Shown here piece after piece: positions 62,631 to 64,000 of a DNA stretch of 64,000 bases. The stretch is taken from positions 12,214,001 through 12,278,000 of the forward strand of contig CM068755.1 in the NCBI GenBank assembly GCA_035084275.1. The letters run 5' to 3'. Below the pieces are notes generated by a model. That model was given only the letters and a program-made list of their open reading frames with translations, did not search any database and had not been told where the DNA came from. Origin of the DNA: Hydrolagus colliei. Its lineage: Eukaryota. The first letter of the stretch is position 1. Each line of letters begins with the position of its first letter. The position numbers were made by a program, and so were the translations under genes.

Positions 62631-64000
62631 TCCTTCAGGGTAGTATGTTGGCATTTGAATAGTAATATTAAAGATATATAATATTTGATTTTTTGGGGAA
62701 AAAGATGCAAAATTGAAACATTCCAACAATAATTAATCTGTAATTTTGTACAAGTGACTAATGCAGCTTTAATCCATATATTCTTAAATTGATGTATTTT
62801 ATTCTCTTTGTTCAATGGACGTTGTGGGTGAGACTGTTAATGAGTAAATGCCTAATGAAAGAAAGTATAAACAATAATGTATTAAAACGTTTTATAGCTT
62901 TCGTAAAAGGCATTTAAAAACTAAAAGAGGCATTCACTTCAGTACTGCTAAACACTACTACTGTACTGTACCACCTTTTGGTATATTCCACACCAAGTAA
63001 AAAGATACAAAAGGTGATCAGGGAAATTATGCTCTTTGAATTCTAAATCAAATCTGATGTTTTAGCACTGTGACATTCGATTAAAGAATGCAAAATAACG
63101 TACGGAAGCGCTGCAACGGTAAACACAGTCTTTTAGGAAATCTTATCAAATAGGTTCAAGGACATTCTAACACTGCTCATATTCGCGCAATTCATCTGCA
63201 TTCATAAACCTGCAGTATTCCTGCCAGCTGCCATGTGTTATCCAAAGCTCTGAAATATTTTACATCCATTAATTCGGAATTACTCCAATTACAAGCTTTC
63301 GGTATGCCAAAGCCCCTGCACAACAGAGATGAGGTACAGACCACACCGACGCACCAATCGCAACGCTTCCCTGGCATCAGTACCAGATGCAAGCAATTTA
63401 CTTTTATTTCTGCATATTCAGTTGGAGGCAAGCACTAGCTTCACCTCTGACCCTGAGCCTGCAGGATTCTAACCTCCCCAAATTAAACCTCTTTGCTCAC
63501 TTATTCCTTTGCGCTGCTGCACCACTAAACATGCATTTCACTCCATAGCAACCCAACGCGGGCGTGCTAGCTCATACAACCAACCTAATCAGCAATTATT
63601 GAGAAAAATACAGTACTGTCGTATTATTAGATTCTGTACAGGAAGTACAGTCAAGGTCTGCTACTCTCCTGTGAATCTCTTACAATCTATGCTTAACCAG
63701 TTTTATGCCACAATATTCTGCTTCAACAAAGGGCCAGAGTTTTCATGTTTATTTTTACCACAGAATATCAGGTACAGCTGTAATAAAATAGAACTCTTTG
63801 AAGATTGTGTAAGCAAATGTACCCTTGACATTATAAGCGGTAAAATCATAGCCAGCAGGCATACTTGTATGTAATATCTGTACCATTTTGATGACTCGAC
63901 TGAGGTTTTTACATTTATTTCAGTATGGATATGAGCCAATAATCAAGGTAGTTCATGTTTCATTATACTTTATACTGAACATACATTCCTGATATCATCC

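Overview
AT-rich vertebrate genomic DNA. The repeats (Deu-domain/SacSINE1-like tRNA SINEs, L2 and CR1 LINE 3' ends, a Penelope-type inverted terminus) point to a cartilaginous fish, possibly a chimaera such as Callorhinchus; this is inferred, not proven. The only host gene I can support is the 3' end of MCTP2 on the + strand. Six coding exons (7139-7258, 9261-9308, 21292-21401, 28564-28673, 30617-30714, 32728-32796) splice in frame to give the C-terminal membrane region ending ...SPLRKKKSNS*. One intron needs a GC-AG donor, and one acceptor appears to use a distant branch point. The ~31 kb after the stop codon has no recognisable gene. It looks like the gene desert that in other vertebrates runs from MCTP2 toward NR2F2, with several enhancer-like and CTCF-like stretches. 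Almost all of the supplied ORF track is spurious or derived from repeats. I see no evidence of a new multi-gene system. The most unusual items are a decayed hammerhead-ribozyme-like fold in a palindromic Penelope-type relic, a chimeric-looking young SINE, nested transposons, and structured candidate enhancers. Exon coordinates are exact; repeat boundaries are approximate (about +/-20 nt). Family and orthologue calls come from recalled consensus sequences, not from database searches.
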